Below, piece by piece: positions 14,200-27,612 of a stretch of DNA of 64,000 nt (its first letter is position 1; every line of letters starts with the position of its first letter). The notes below the pieces were generated by a model. It was not told where the DNA came from and did no database searches. It saw nothing but the letters and a program-made list of their open reading frames with translations. The position numbers and the translations under genes were made by a program. The stretch lies in NCBI RefSeq assembly GCF_009914755.1, contig NC_060929.1, one strand, 5' to 3'. Origin of the DNA: the human T2T-CHM13v2.0 reference genome, Homo sapiens.

Positions 14200-17100
14200 G
14201 TAGGCCTGCTTCTTAAATACCTTTTAACGTTCTGTGCACTGCACCACGTGGGGCTTTGAATGTTTTTGTTTTTTAATGAAGCGGCGTCATAAAACCATTC
14301 ATTTTCTTTGAAATCGACCTTGTCTACCCAGTGTGAGCTGGGGGGAAGTAAACCAGCAACCCTCCAGCACACAAGAAATGAGAAGAGAATTTAAAAATCA
14401 CATTCTGATGATAACACAGCATTCAGGTGTAGTCAGTTGGTCTTATTAGCAAGTAAATTACATTGCAAAAGAGGCGGCTTGATAAACTATGACCTATACC
14501 TAGAAAATGTCCTCTCTCCACAAGTTTCTAGGTCTTTGTATTGATTTCCCCTTCCCAGTAAATGGAAACCTGGGTTATTTTTTTTCGTGACGATCTCTTA
14601 AGAATCCCACCTTATCTTAGACTTTCATTTCCAGGCGGCAATGCCTCATATCCGTATTGAAGATCAAACTTGGAACAGGTGCTCTGGAGCTTAATAATGA
14701 CAAATAGGAAGAGACTTGTCTTCAGAAAAAGAATTCTTTATATGTTTACTTTTCCCCTTGGCAACTATGTAGGTTAATGGTTTCCCCCATCTTCTGTCAC
14801 AAATCACTATTGCCTATCCATCAGCTTTCTAGGTGGATTTTAATGAAACTTTGAAAATTAAATCCTTCCGATCATTAAGCAGTAAATATAGAGAAGCCTA
14901 AGCAAAGTCATTAAAGAGATAAGGTGCTTTTTTGTGGGTTTCTGAGCAATTCCGAAGTGTGTTTAGTCAAAAACATTTTTTTAAAAAGATAAATTGCATT
15001 AGGTTACAGCTGATTTAAGACGAAAACATCAAATGCTATGTGGTTTGTTATGAATAGATGGCATGTTTGCTAAAAGAATTACCATTACCATTAAAATGTT
15101 TACAAATAGATCAGTTAAGAATGTTTATATAAAATATTAGAAACTTCTGCCAGAGCAGCTTTAAGTATTTCCTTTCATTTAAAAAAGAAAAAGGAAATTT
15201 GCAGGCGGACAGCTTGTTGTGAATGCAAAATCATAGCTAAATATCATTTAATCTCAAAACTGTGTTGAAAATACATCATTTCCTGGGTAAGTCGCACATA
15301 CTCAAAAAGATGTCACTTTTTTGAATTTAAATTTATGTTTAATTTTGAAATAATTTATTCTACAGTGGGGACAAGGGGATGTGTCTTACTTATGCCTCCG
15401 TTCATGTAGCTAATCAAGGTGTACTCTCAAGGAAAAATCTGTACTTGACTCCTTTTGAATTTTAACAAAATTCTGACACTTGGCACATTTGACACTCTGA
15501 GGTGCTTATTTAATAGGAAATTACTTTTAGAAGTTTCCATAAAAGCATACGTTGAATCCATTTACTGGTGTCCTTTTTCAGCTTCATTGTGTGTGTCATA
15601 TACTATTTAAATGAAGGCAATTTGATTGCCTAATAAATAAAATCACTTGTAATCCAAGAATTTATGGCACATTTTAAACAAGGAATTTTAGCAAGTCCCT
15701 CATAGTTGGTATTCTTATACCTATAGAGGGAACCGTCTATACAGAGTTATTTATACATATTTATAGACCTGCACCTTCTCCCATTTAAGTTATATGCATC
15801 TAAAAAACTCATCTAATAAGGGAGGGTTTCTGGTGAAGCCAAGGGCACAAAAAATGCTTGCCATGAATTTACCTAGGAGAGTTATGGATGAAAAAAATCT
15901 GAAATTCATCATATATTTGGTAGACCAATAGTAGTTTCATTTTTTTCATATTATTTGAAACATCGTATTTGAATAATTTTTACTTTCTGCGAGTCTATGT
16001 AAATCCCTGCATACTGATAAGAAATAAACCCTTGATATAGTGTCCTGATTCTTTCCTATAGTACTAGTTGCAATGCAGTCAGAATTACATGAAGAGAAAT
16101 GTACTTAGAAGCACTAAGCAACTCTGTATGTGAGTGTGGCTGGCAAGGCACAAAGGAGGTATTGAAGCCAGAGTTCAAACTAGGTGAGAGATGCTTATTT
16201 TAAAATATACAGGTAGAATGTCTTTGTTTTTCTTTTTAAAACATTTTTTCAATATTTTACATATTCAAAAGAGGTACATAATGTATCTTCTGTTCTCATT
16301 CTTGGCCAGAAATAAAAATAAGAAATTTTACACATCACATCATAAACTCTTTAAGCAAATACAAATTGAAGTGTGAGCAACTCTGCAGGCAGAGGTGTTA
16401 ACTTCAGTAAACTTCTTGCTCTTTCTCTCTGACAAATTCTGTTTAGCTCACAAAGAAATCAATGCTTTTTCACATCACTGATTTTATGAAGTTTGGGAAT
16501 GTATTATCATATAGATTGACAGTTGCCCCACTGGTTCCACACCACGGCATGGACACTTACAAAGCCATCATTAATTTCTCACACTTGTACCCAGTGATGG
16601 CTTCCTCCATAATAAACACTGTGTCCTTCAGAACCAAATCAATAACCTTTTAGGTATGCCTTTCTTGAAGAGGAAGTAACAGGAATCTATACTTTGAGAA
16701 AGAAGCTCTCCAATTTGATTTTAGGTTTTAAAGATACATGGTCAGAAAATGAATCTTTTCTGTGGGGTTCCATATGTTTTAATTTCATTTCTTGGTGGGA
16801 TTTTGGGATAAATGGATTTTTCACCGTGTTTACTTAAAAATCTCCCTTAAAAAATTCCAGTTGTGATTTTGCTAAGCATAGTTAATGAGTGAAGACAGAT
16901 CTCAGAAACCAACTTCCTTTTTGGTAATATGAAGTGTATATTCAGTCTGCAAAGTCATATAGTAAAATCTTTAATTTTGCCAACAGTTCTCCCTAGATCA
17001 ATGTTGATTGTGCTTCCTACATGCTGCTGTGACAAAAATGACCCATTGGATAACTTGACAGTCCCATCAAACAGATGAACCTGTCTTTCTTTTCTTTCTT

Positions 17101-18115
17101 CTTCTTCTTTTTTTTTTTTTTTGGTAGTGTAGACACCATAGTGCTTCATCCTACACTCATTGATTTAGCCTCTGCATTAACATTGTGCTGGCTTGGATTG
17201 GGTTGCTTCAAATATATAAAACTCTCAGATTCATGTTATCTTTTCAGGTTCTTTAATCCTATCTTGAAGTCAATAATGATTTGGCTAGAAATGGCAATGA
17301 GAGTTGAGAACAGCCCGGCCAAGTTTTTGCTGCTGTGAAATTTGAAAGGGCTTTCCTAGTAACTTTAAATTAGAGTCCATACTTTTGTTCAATAATAAAT
17401 GTCCCACTTAAAATATGTCCTCTCTAAGGCCATTTGTATTATATGAGTTATGGAGAAAAAGGGGTAGTCAGTAATACAGAAGAATAACTAATTGCCTCCT
17501 TAAAGATGCAAAGCAGCACAAACTAAAAAATCTTGTCTATGTTCTCTTGACTCCCTTAGGCGATTTCTTCACCTTGGGACTTAAAAATTTCCTTTTTTTT
17601 TTTTTTTCCTTCCAGCAGAATTCTAGTTTCAGTTATTTTATTGGAAATCCAGAAAGGGAAAAAACAAAAAAACAAAAAACAAAGAAAATAAAGTTGGTAT
17701 GAAATAGGAAGCCAGAAATGGCAGTAAGTGAAATCTGGTGTTGGTTAAACCTTTAAGAAAATTATTCTTCCCCTCCCCTCTCCATGTCCACCCAAAGTAA
17801 ATAAGTACAATGTTCATTTTCATCTGTTGTAATTGGGAAATTTACAATCCTCATAATGTACTTTGAGGTTGAGATATAAATGTTGGGTTAATTCCATTGC
17901 ATTTCACAAAATGCATTTATAAAACAAGCTGGCTCTGGGCACGTAATGGATTTATGTAAAGCGTATTTGTGAAACACAGATTCTATTAGATTGAGTCCTT
18001 TTGGCAAAAGGTCTGTAGCGTATCTGTCTCCTCGGCAGAGTTCCAACACACCCAGGTACTCACTGCTTGTTAACTGAGACATGAGGAATGAAGCCTGAGG
18101 GAAGGAAGGATTTTC

Positions 18116-18136
18116 CTTAGCACCGGGGACAATGTC
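18116..18136 (+). promoter_or_regulatory. Candidate REST/NRSF RE1 site
   Basis: CTTAGCACCGGGGACAATGTC matches NTYAGMRCCNNRGMSAG at 16 of 17 positions. Confidence 0.5.
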
Positions 18137-20134
18137 CTTAGATTGTTACTGCCAACCAAGTTGCATTCATTTGTCATTTAAGGTGAGTTACTTAAATTTT
18201 TCTCCTTTCTCTCCAGAAAGCGGCCTCTCAATAAATCTAGCATTGGAGCGTTTCTTAAGTAAACACAAACTAAACATGCGAGTGGAATTCTATTTCTACT
18301 CCCACTCTATTACTCTTACATGCTCAAATTAACTTTGTATTTTATAACCCACTCTACTCCTTTCTTCTCCCTAATCCCTCACGTAAAATCACAGAGAATG
18401 CCTGGAACAGACATAAAAACTTACTAAGAGCTCCAGACCTAGCCAAAGGCCCATAATTTTGCTGTTAAGGAAGTGAAAAGTCAGTGGTAAGAATAGTGAA
18501 AGAGGTAGCTACAAAAAGCATACATTCATATTTGACTGTGCTTGATGTTGATATGGGATGATTTCTTTTCCAGCCACATTTTATGAAGCCAATTTCCATG
18601 GAACCTAAAGAAAATTGTCTCAATTTCTTAAAAACAAAACAAAATTTAAAAACATACCAAAAAAAAAAAAAAAAACCCAGAACAAAGTTTTAAGCCATTT
18701 GGATGACATTGATTTCAATTTGTGTTTTTAGGCTTTATTTTATATACCTGTACATTTAAAAGAATACCATTATAAAGAAGAGTATGAAATGAGTTATCAT
18801 GGATTTAAAAAAATGAAGGACACAGACACAAAATATCATAGGTTCTGTCTTTTCCATTCCTAAATGAAAGAATGATCTCCTTTACATTTTTCTAATTCAA
18901 TTCCCTCAAAGTCCAGGTATTGGAAGCTATAGAGAAAACTTATTTTTAAAAAGTTTATTCATGGGAGTCTTAATATATGATTACTATGATGCTAAAACAC
19001 AGCTGATAATAACATACAACCAGAGGCAAAATGTAAGAATATCACATTGTCACATGGCATGATATGAAAGCTAGAAGTGAAAGGATTGATGTTCTGCAAA
19101 TGGACTCGTATGAGACTTTAGAGGTTTACGTTTTTGGCAAATTAAGCAATTCTTACGTTACTGTAAAGGAGAACAGAGTACTTCAAGGAGCGTAGGAGCC
19201 TGTGCCTTATTTCAGTACTGCACTTTCCAGATTATAAACTTTAGTGGCATGGTCTTTAGTTATTTATATATTTCTTTCTTTCCTTTGGTGGTTTCTTTCA
19301 TGTTTGTTAATGCTCCCAGGGGCTATCAAGGAATGGCTCCATTCAATAAATACAATAAATAAAATGAAGAACTAAGCCTTCCTTTTGGCAAGGGCAGCCT
19401 GATTATTACATGTGTAATCTCCAGGCCTTCAGGGACACATTGGGCTTGGTGGATAATCATTTGGTTTTAAGCTGCTGAGTTCCTGATATCAGTACTTTAA
19501 CTTCAGTTGAGTTGCTCTTTTTACTGCGAAGGCAGTAAAATGGTAAGAAGCAAAATGTTTTTGTCTGTTCACGATTGGAAGCCTCTTCAGTCAGAAAACT
19601 CTTTTTTTGCTTATTGTTCAGTCATTTTTTTAAGTTTAGTTGTTGTTTGTCAATGATCAAATTAAGTTTATCTAATAGGTGGGAGAGATGTGCCATGCAT
19701 TGAGAATTAAGGTCATAAATAAGATGAGTTAAAGCTAAGGAAGTTGATAGTATAAGTTTTCTACAGACAATTGAATCAGAAGAAGCCTGCTCAGAAAATA
19801 ATATCAAAGTAAACGGGTTAGAGAAGAATGTATGAGGAGTAATGAGGCACTTCAATTAGCCATTCGGAAACTGAGACATAGCAGGTAGAAGAAAATTTCA
19901 GGTATTAATAATAGATTTGTAAATAGGATGGAAATTCCACATATGTGGCCTTTATGTATATAGGCTTATACATGAAACTAAAAATGTTACTTGTGATTTA
20001 ATTTTGAGTATTATTTAAGTGCTAGCTGTGAGAACCTTCTAGAAAATTATTCTTTCTTGCTTTCCATCAACTCAGTTTGAGTAATGTTAAAGGAGTTTAA
20101 GGTGTGGCTAAGTGGCTTATGGGATATTTAACAA

Positions 20135-20330
20135 CAGAAGTTACCAACTGCATGTTAGTCTACAGGCTGAATCCAGTTTGAATTGTTTAATTTGCTTAGT
20201 GCAGTATCAAACATTTTTAGATTAACAACCAACATTTTAAAAGTAAGAGATTTTATATTAGAAATTTTTATTTTTGGCCGTTCTCAAAACATAAGAAGAT
20301 TCAGTCACACTGGTTCAGGTTTTGGTCGGG
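20135..20330. mobile_element. hAT-Charlie (MER102-like) fragment
   Basis: ctacaggctgaatccagtttg...ccaacattttaaaagtaagagattttatattagaaa...gaagattcagtcacactgg. Confidence 0.45.
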
Positions 20331-22899
20331 ACAGATCAGATTAGAAGCAGTAGCAGTTCTGGATAGATTCCATGTCTTTGAGGTCACCTGATCTTCCTCC
20401 AGGCTACACTGTTGTTTAAGGTCTGACTTAGCCTTTGTAGTCCCTTGAGTTATCAACCCTGACCTACATACAGTCTTTATGGAAATCAGATATAAAAATT
20501 GTAGAAAGCTAGAACTCAGCAATTTTATGGGTTCATGTATTCAGAGCTAGAATGTTACTTCTTTTGGTAAGTTTGCTCCATCTGCAAAGTGGGTTTAATT
20601 TTGCTCTACTAAATTTCTAAAATGGTTTTAAGGCATTTAGATTTAAATGCTTCAGATAAAATTAAATCAAATTACAATCAATTTAATTTGGAAAGTAATA
20701 AAATGATTGTATATGTGGGGGGTGAGTTTAAGTGGGTAATATGTCAACTCCATTTTCCGAAGTAGTAGATGCCCTGAAGTACTGAAAAATTAAGGTCAGA
20801 GTATTTGATTTAACACATAATTTTAAAGCTATTTTAATGTAAAAGTATTTAGGTGGACTATTTGGAAATAGATGGAGGGAAAACCTACTTTAAAAACTTT
20901 AGCTACTTCAGCTGATTGAAGAAAACCCCAGGGCTTTTCAGGAGGAAGCCATTTAAAGAGGAGGAAAATGACTTTGTGCTAATTATGTTCAGTTTTGATC
21001 CAGCAAATGGTTTATGGGGTCTGTAACAATGAAGTTGGAGACAATAAAGCGAAGGCTAGAAGAGAGACATGCAGTGATACACGAAGACCTCCAGTATGCC
21101 AAGAGAGAAAGACATGGAGCAATGTTAGCTAATGCTGAACTGGGAACCAGCGAGTCAGAAACAAACAGAACAGCGAGTGTTCCACAAACCAGGAATGTTC
21201 TTCAACCAGTGGATAAGCAGGATAGCCAAGGAACATTCAGGAGTGACTCTCACTCCCCATCCTCATTTCTTATTTGTGAAGAAGAAAAGATAACTGAAAT
21301 ATGAGCATGTTTCCTAAGGAAAGGGGACTGAAATATTTGAGTAGGCATTCTTTGAAAAAGAGTAGGTTAACAGATAACCTATGCAGAGTTATACCATTCT
21401 GAGGGGAATAAAAAAGATAAACACCATGGCAGTCTTTCCATCTGTGTTAATCATGAGAAAAGGGGCCTGAACTCACTTACAGTGAGAAAGTTAGGCACTG
21501 GAGGAGTTTTGGGAAGTATTTTTTGTAGTATTTTATGCAAGAAATAGACTATGACACATTCAATAATCAAAAAGGATCTTTGAAAGGAATTTTTAAAGAA
21601 GAAAATTGGTGTTTGAAAGGTACCACACTATGCTTAGATATGAACATTTTAATATGCACACAAATATAAATATAAAACTATGTGTTGTTTTATTCAATAT
21701 TGGTGAAAAATAGAAAAGTACTCTCAGATGAAGAGATGTGTTAATTTGGGGTGGGGGGACTTATTTCTGAAAAGATTTCAAGTAATTGCTAATTGCTCTG
21801 CATTGGACGAAGCCATTGTGTGTATGTCTCTTTGTATTTGTGTGTCTGTGTTGTGTGTGCATGGTGGGGAAGGTGCTTCGTTGGGAAGAGGGATGTTATT
21901 GAGAGGGATAGAAATCAATAAATATAAATTGACCAAATTCCAGGGAAATGAAGGCCATATACGAAAATGCCAAAATGAGCAATGTAGACATTTTGTAGCA
22001 TATAGTTTTAGGGGGAGAGAGAGAAGAGAAACCTGTGTTGACCTTCGTGGGTCTTGAACTCTATGGGTCATCTTACATCAAGGAGCATGCCCTTTAAAGC
22101 CTTGGATCCCTTAAACCAATGATGCTGTCTCACCCATGTAAGTCAGAATCCACAGAAAAACACCCATGTTTTCTCAAGTCCCACAGAAGAACTCTTGCCT
22201 CTGGGGAGCTCTGAACCAGTTCGAATCTGTCAGATAAATATTTGACTTGGTGGGGAATCCGCTTTCCTTGAAATATGTCCCTCTTCCTTTCCCAACTTTC
22301 GTCTTTCCCCCAACATCTTCCCTCCCCACCTGCATCCAGCAGGGCCTAATCACCTACTCCATGAGCTAATTTTTTTATTATTACATTCTGTCCTCTCGTT
22401 AAAACTAGTGAGATCATGTCTCTAAGATATGATTTGAGCATCATGATAAACTGGTGCAGGATAAAAAAAAAAAAAAAAAAAACTTCCGTATAAATGTACC
22501 TTCATTTTCCCTTGTTCTTTAAAATTTTAACTTTTGAATATGTTTTATGATGCAAGTAATTTATTGGTATATGTATATACACACATACACTTGCACACAC
22601 ATGGCGTATATGAACAGGTTACATAAATACAGAAATGTATACATTGGAGATGTGTCCAAAAGGCTTATGCTGATTGTTTTAGACCTTTTATTTCCCAGGT
22701 CTAATTAAGCCTAAGCAACCACTCACTCCTCAAAATATTTGGATAATTCATTATTTTGTGGCAACCTGTTTGGTTGTCTTTGTATTGGTAATGACCGTAT
22801 GTGCTAATGATACCTAACTATGTTATAGTAAAATTTGTATTTTTTTCTTCTAATTCTCTCTGCTGACTTTCACTTCCTAGATGAATAGACAAAAATATT

Positions 22900-23560
22900 G
22901 ACTTTGTTGTTTCTTGAAGAAACCAAGCACTCCTATGCATTTACAGAGACATTCCTGTCTAACCTCAATAGGGAGAGAAGAAAATAAACATTATATATGT
23001 TAGCATACTGGTACAGTAAGGGAAGCTTTGAGAAGGTATGGTTTTAATTAGGTTGTAAATAGGGGTCGGGACTTTTATGTATGGAAATGAGATGATGGAT
23101 ATTCTAAATGAAGAAAAGCCAGAGTGTATGGTGGTTGGAGAATGGGAGGTGAGGTGAAGATGATGATGATTTTTCAGGGGACACTTTCTAGTCTAGAAAA
23201 AATTCCAACTCCAGTCAGGATAATTGGAGTATAGTGATTTGATTGAGTAGCAGTAGAAATAGATGAATAGATGTGTAGCAATCAGATGACCAAGAGCTGT
23301 GAGCTTCATCTTAAGGAGTTAAGGTCTGATCAAGCAGATAATACAGAACTATTGAAAGTTTATGTGAGCAAAGACTGCAATATCTTAGGAAGCATCTGAT
23401 TAAAACACACAGATACAGCGCGTGCACACGCGTGCACGCACACACACGCACACACACACACACGTTTGGATGGAAAGTAACAAAGTTAGAAGTGATATCA
23501 GAAAGAGAAGCAGTAGTCCAGGTAGAAGGACTCCAGAAACCCTTATACCACAAAGAGTCT
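22900..23560 (-). mobile_element. Degraded L2
   Basis: G/A-rich run with ttacagagacattcctgtctaacctcaatagggagag, cagtagtccaggtagaag. Confidence 0.5.
23418..23465. repeat. (CA)/(CG) alternating purine-pyrimidine tract
   Basis: gcgcgtgcacacgcgtgcacgcacacacacgcacacacacacacacacgt. Confidence 0.95.
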
Positions 23561-24235
23561 ACCTGCTTCTTAGCATTTCAGTAGCAGAAATTAACCTCTG
23601 ACTACCATATGAATGCTGAATATTAGTAACTAAGATGATAAAATTCAAAAAGCATATAATTTTATGCTGAATAGCAGGAAAATGGGAGGAGGTACATAAC
23701 CCCACACTCCCGCAGTACAGGGAGTGTTCCTTACAGTGCAATCTATTCTGCTTACATGTAGAATACAGTATTACAACAATTAGACTCCAGTGTTTATAAT
23801 ATTTAACCAAATGATTAAATAATAAAGTAGCATCAAATATTGCTTTGCACAAGGAAAGAAGTCATAATATTATTTTTAAGGGCACAGTAAGTGTGTTGTA
23901 GGTGAACGTTGGCTAGAACTATTCCAGGTTGATTAATAGTTTCTTGAATATTATTTCTGCTTCTATATCCTTGCCGCTTCTTCATGAGTCATATTCTCAT
24001 GCAATTTGTTTAATTGCTCCTGTAACTATAGTTATGTCTCCCTTCTTATCTCTAATCTTTTATATTTTTATCTCTCATTTTTTTAATCAGACTTGAAAGA
24101 GATCTATTTTTTTTCAAGCTTTCTGCTTGTCTTTATTTACTTTAATTTTTCTTTCTCATTACATTCATCTTTATTGTATTTTTTAATTTCCTCATTTTAA
24201 CTTTTGGAGTATATTGTGGGGTTTTTTTAGGTTTA

Positions 24236-24580
24236 ATTTTTTTTTTTTTTTACTTCCATAGGTTATTGGAGAACAGGTGGTGTTTGGTTACATGAGTGAG
24301 TTCTTTAGTGGTGATTGTGAGATTTTGGAGCACCCATCACCTGAGCAGTACACACTGCATCCTATTTGTAGCATTTTATCCCTCAGCCCCTTCCCACCCT
24401 TTCCCCCTGAGTCCCCAAAGTCCATTGTGTCTTTCTTATGCTTTTGCATCCTCATACCTTAGCTCCCACTTATAAGTGAGAACATATGATGTTTGGTTTT
24501 CCATCCCTGAGTTACTTCACTTAGAATAATGCTGTGAAAGCTATTAATTCATTCCTTTTTGTGGCTGAGTAGTATTCCAT

Positions 24581-24636
<56 letters not shown>

Positions 24637-27612
24637 AGTTTCTTTATCCACTCATTGATTGATGGGCATTTGGGTTGGTTCCACGTTTTTGCAATTGTGA
24701 ATTGTGCTGCTATAAACACGCGTGTGCAAGTATCTTTTTCATATAATGACTTATTTTCCTCTGAGTAGATACACAGTAGTGAAATTGCTGGATCAAATTG
24801 TAGTTCTACTTTTAGTTCTTTAAGGAATCTCCACACTGTTTTCCTTGCTGGCCGTACTAGTTTACATTCCCATCAGCAGTGTAGAAGTGTTCCCTGTTCA
24901 CCGCATCTATTATTTTTGGATTTTTTGATTATAGCCATTCTTGCGGCAGTAAAGTGGTATCACATTGTGGTTTTGATTTGCATTTCCCTGATCATTAGTG
25001 ATGTTGAGCATTTTTTCATATGTTTGTTGGCCATTTGTATATCTTCTTTTGAAAATAATCTATTCTTGTCCTTAGCTTACTTTTTGATGGGATTATTATT
25101 TTTTTCTTGCTGATTTGTTTGAGTTTATTGTAGATTCTGGTTGTTAGTCCTTTGTCAGATGTATAGATTGTGAAGATTTTCTCCCACTCTGTGGGTTGTC
25201 TGTTTACTCTGCTGACTTTTCCTTTTGCCATCCAGAAGCTCTTTAGTTTAATTAAGTCTCAGTTACCTATCTTTGTTTTTATTGCATTTGCTTTTGGGTT
25301 CCTGGTCATAAAATCCTTGCTTCAGCCAATGACTAGGATTTTTCCAATGTCATCTTCTAGAATTTTTATAGTTTCAGATCTTAGATTTAAGTCCTTAATC
25401 CATCTTGAGATGATTTTGTATAAGATGAGAGGTGAGGATCCAGTTTCATTCTCCTACCTGTGGCTAGCCAAATATCGCAGCACCATTTGTTGAAAAGGGT
25501 GTCCTTTCCCCACTTTATGTTTTTGTTTGCATTGTTGAAGATCAGTTCCTGCAAGTATTTGGGCTTATTTCTGGCTTCCCTATTCTGTCCCATTTTTATA
25601 TACCTATTTTTATACCAGTACTGTGTTGTTTTAGTGACTATGGCCTTATAGTATAGTTTGAAATCAGGTAATGTGATGCCTCCAGATTTGTTCTTTTTGT
25701 TTGGTCTTGCTTTGGCTATGCTGACTTTTTTTTGGTTCCATATGAATTTTAGAATTTGTTTCTAATTCAGTGAAGAATCATGGTGATATTTTGATGGGAA
25801 TTGCATTGAATTTGTAGATTGCTTTCAGCAGTATGGTCGTTTTGTAATATTGATTATACCCATCCATGAGCATGGGATGTGTTTCCATTTGTTTGTGTCG
25901 CCTATGATTTCTTTAGGCAGTGTTTTGTAGTTTTCCTTGTAGAGGTCTTTCACCTCCTTGGTTAGGTATAATCCTAAGTGTTTTGTTGTTGTTGTTGTTG
26001 TTGTTTTTGTGGTTATTGTAAAAGGGGTTGAATTCTTGATTTGATTCTCAGCTTGGTCACTGTCGGTGTATAGAAGAGCTACTGATTTGTGTACACTAAC
26101 TTTGTATCCGGAAAGTTTGTTGAATTCTTGGATCAGTTCTAGGAGCTTTCTGGAGGAGTCTTTAGGGTTTTCTAGGTAAACAATCATATCATCAGCAAAC
26201 AGTGATGGTTTGACTTCCTTTTTACTGATTTGGATACCCTTTATTTCTTTCTCTTGTCTGATTGCTCTGGCTAGGACTTCAGTACTATGTTGAAGAGGAG
26301 TGGTGAGAGTGGCAATACTTGTTTTGTTTCAGTTCTCAGAGGGAATGCTTTCAACTTTTCCCCATTCAGTATTATGTTGGCTGGGGGTTTGTCATAGGTG
26401 GCTTTTATTATTTTGAGGTATGTCCCTTGTATGCTGATTTTGCTGAGAGTTTTAATCATAAAGCGATGCTGGGTTTTTTCGAATGTTTTTTCTGCATCTG
26501 TTGAGATGATCATGTGATTTTTGCTTATAATTCTGTTTATGCTGTGAATCACATTTATTGACTTGCATCTGTTAAACCATCTCTGAATCCCTGGTATGAA
26601 ACCCACTGGATCATGGTGGATTATCTTTTTTATATGGTGTTGGATTCAGTTAGCTAGTATTTTGTTAAGGACTTTAATATTTATGTTCATCAGGGATGTC
26701 GGACTCTAGTTTTCTTTTTTGGTTATGTCCTTTCCTGGTTTTGATATTAAGGTGATACTGGCTTCATAGAATAATATAGGGAGGTTTCCCTCTTTCTGTA
26801 TCTTGTGGAATAGTGTCAATAGGATTGGTGCCAATTCTTTGAATATCTGGTAGAATTCTGCTGTGAATCTGTCTGGTCCTGGACTTTTCTTTTTCGGTAA
26901 CTTTTAAATACCATTTTAATCTCACTTCTTGTTATTGGTCTGTTCAGGGTATCTAATTCTTCCTGATTTAAGCCAGGAAGGTTGTACCATTCCAGGAATT
27001 TATCCGTCTCTTCTAGTTTTTCTAGTTTATGCATAGCGTTCATAGTAGCATTGACTGATCTTTTGTATTTCTGTGGTGTCAGTTGTAATACCTCCCGTTT
27101 CATTTCTTATTGAACTTATTTGGATTTTCTCTCTTTCTTTAGTTAATCTTGCTAATGGTCTATCAATTTTATTCATCTCTGCAAAGAACCAGCTTTTGTT
27201 TCATTTATCTTTTGTATTTTTTTGTTGCAATTTCATTTAATTCTTCTGTGATCTTGGGTTTTTTCTTTCTTCTGCTAGATTTGGGTTTGGTTTTTTTTTG
27301 TTTCTCTAGTTCCTTGAGGTGTGATCTTAGATTGTCTGTTTGTGTTCTTTCACACTTTTTGATGTAGGCATTTAGGGCTATGAACTGTCCTCTTAGAACC
27401 ACCTTTGCTGTGTCCCAGAGGTTTTGATAGGTTGTGTCAGGTCATTCAGTTCGAATAATTTTTTACTTTCCATCGCGATTTCATTTTTGACCCAATGATC
27501 ATTCAGGAACAGGTTATGTAATTTCCATGTACTTCCATGGTTTTGAGATTCCTTTTGGAGTTGATTTCTAGTTATATTCCACTGTGGTCTGAAAGAGTGT
27601 TTGATATAATTG
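24236..27612 (-). mobile_element. 5'-truncated L1PB (L1PB1-like), ~3.4 kb, disrupted ORF2
   Basis: T-tail plus ttccataggttattggagaacaggtggtgtttggttacatgag 3' end; minus-strand ORF remnants [48 protein letters not shown] broken by stops/frameshifts. Confidence 0.95.
24590..24632. repeat. (TG)n microsatellite inside L1PB
   Basis: About 21 TG units preceded by (TA)n. Confidence 0.97.

Noticed and set aside
13995-14216. 73-aa ORF as a standalone gene
   Set aside because: It is the 3' part of the TENM2 exon from an internal ATG running into the intron.
14244-14254. ccacgtggggc as CTCF site or E-box
   Set aside because: Does not fit the CTCF core spacing; a lone E-box is uninformative.
24633-27402. 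Cluster of minus-strand ORFs with reverse-transcriptase-like text
   Set aside because: Broken L1PB ORF2 remnants; not a functional RT or novel retroelement system.
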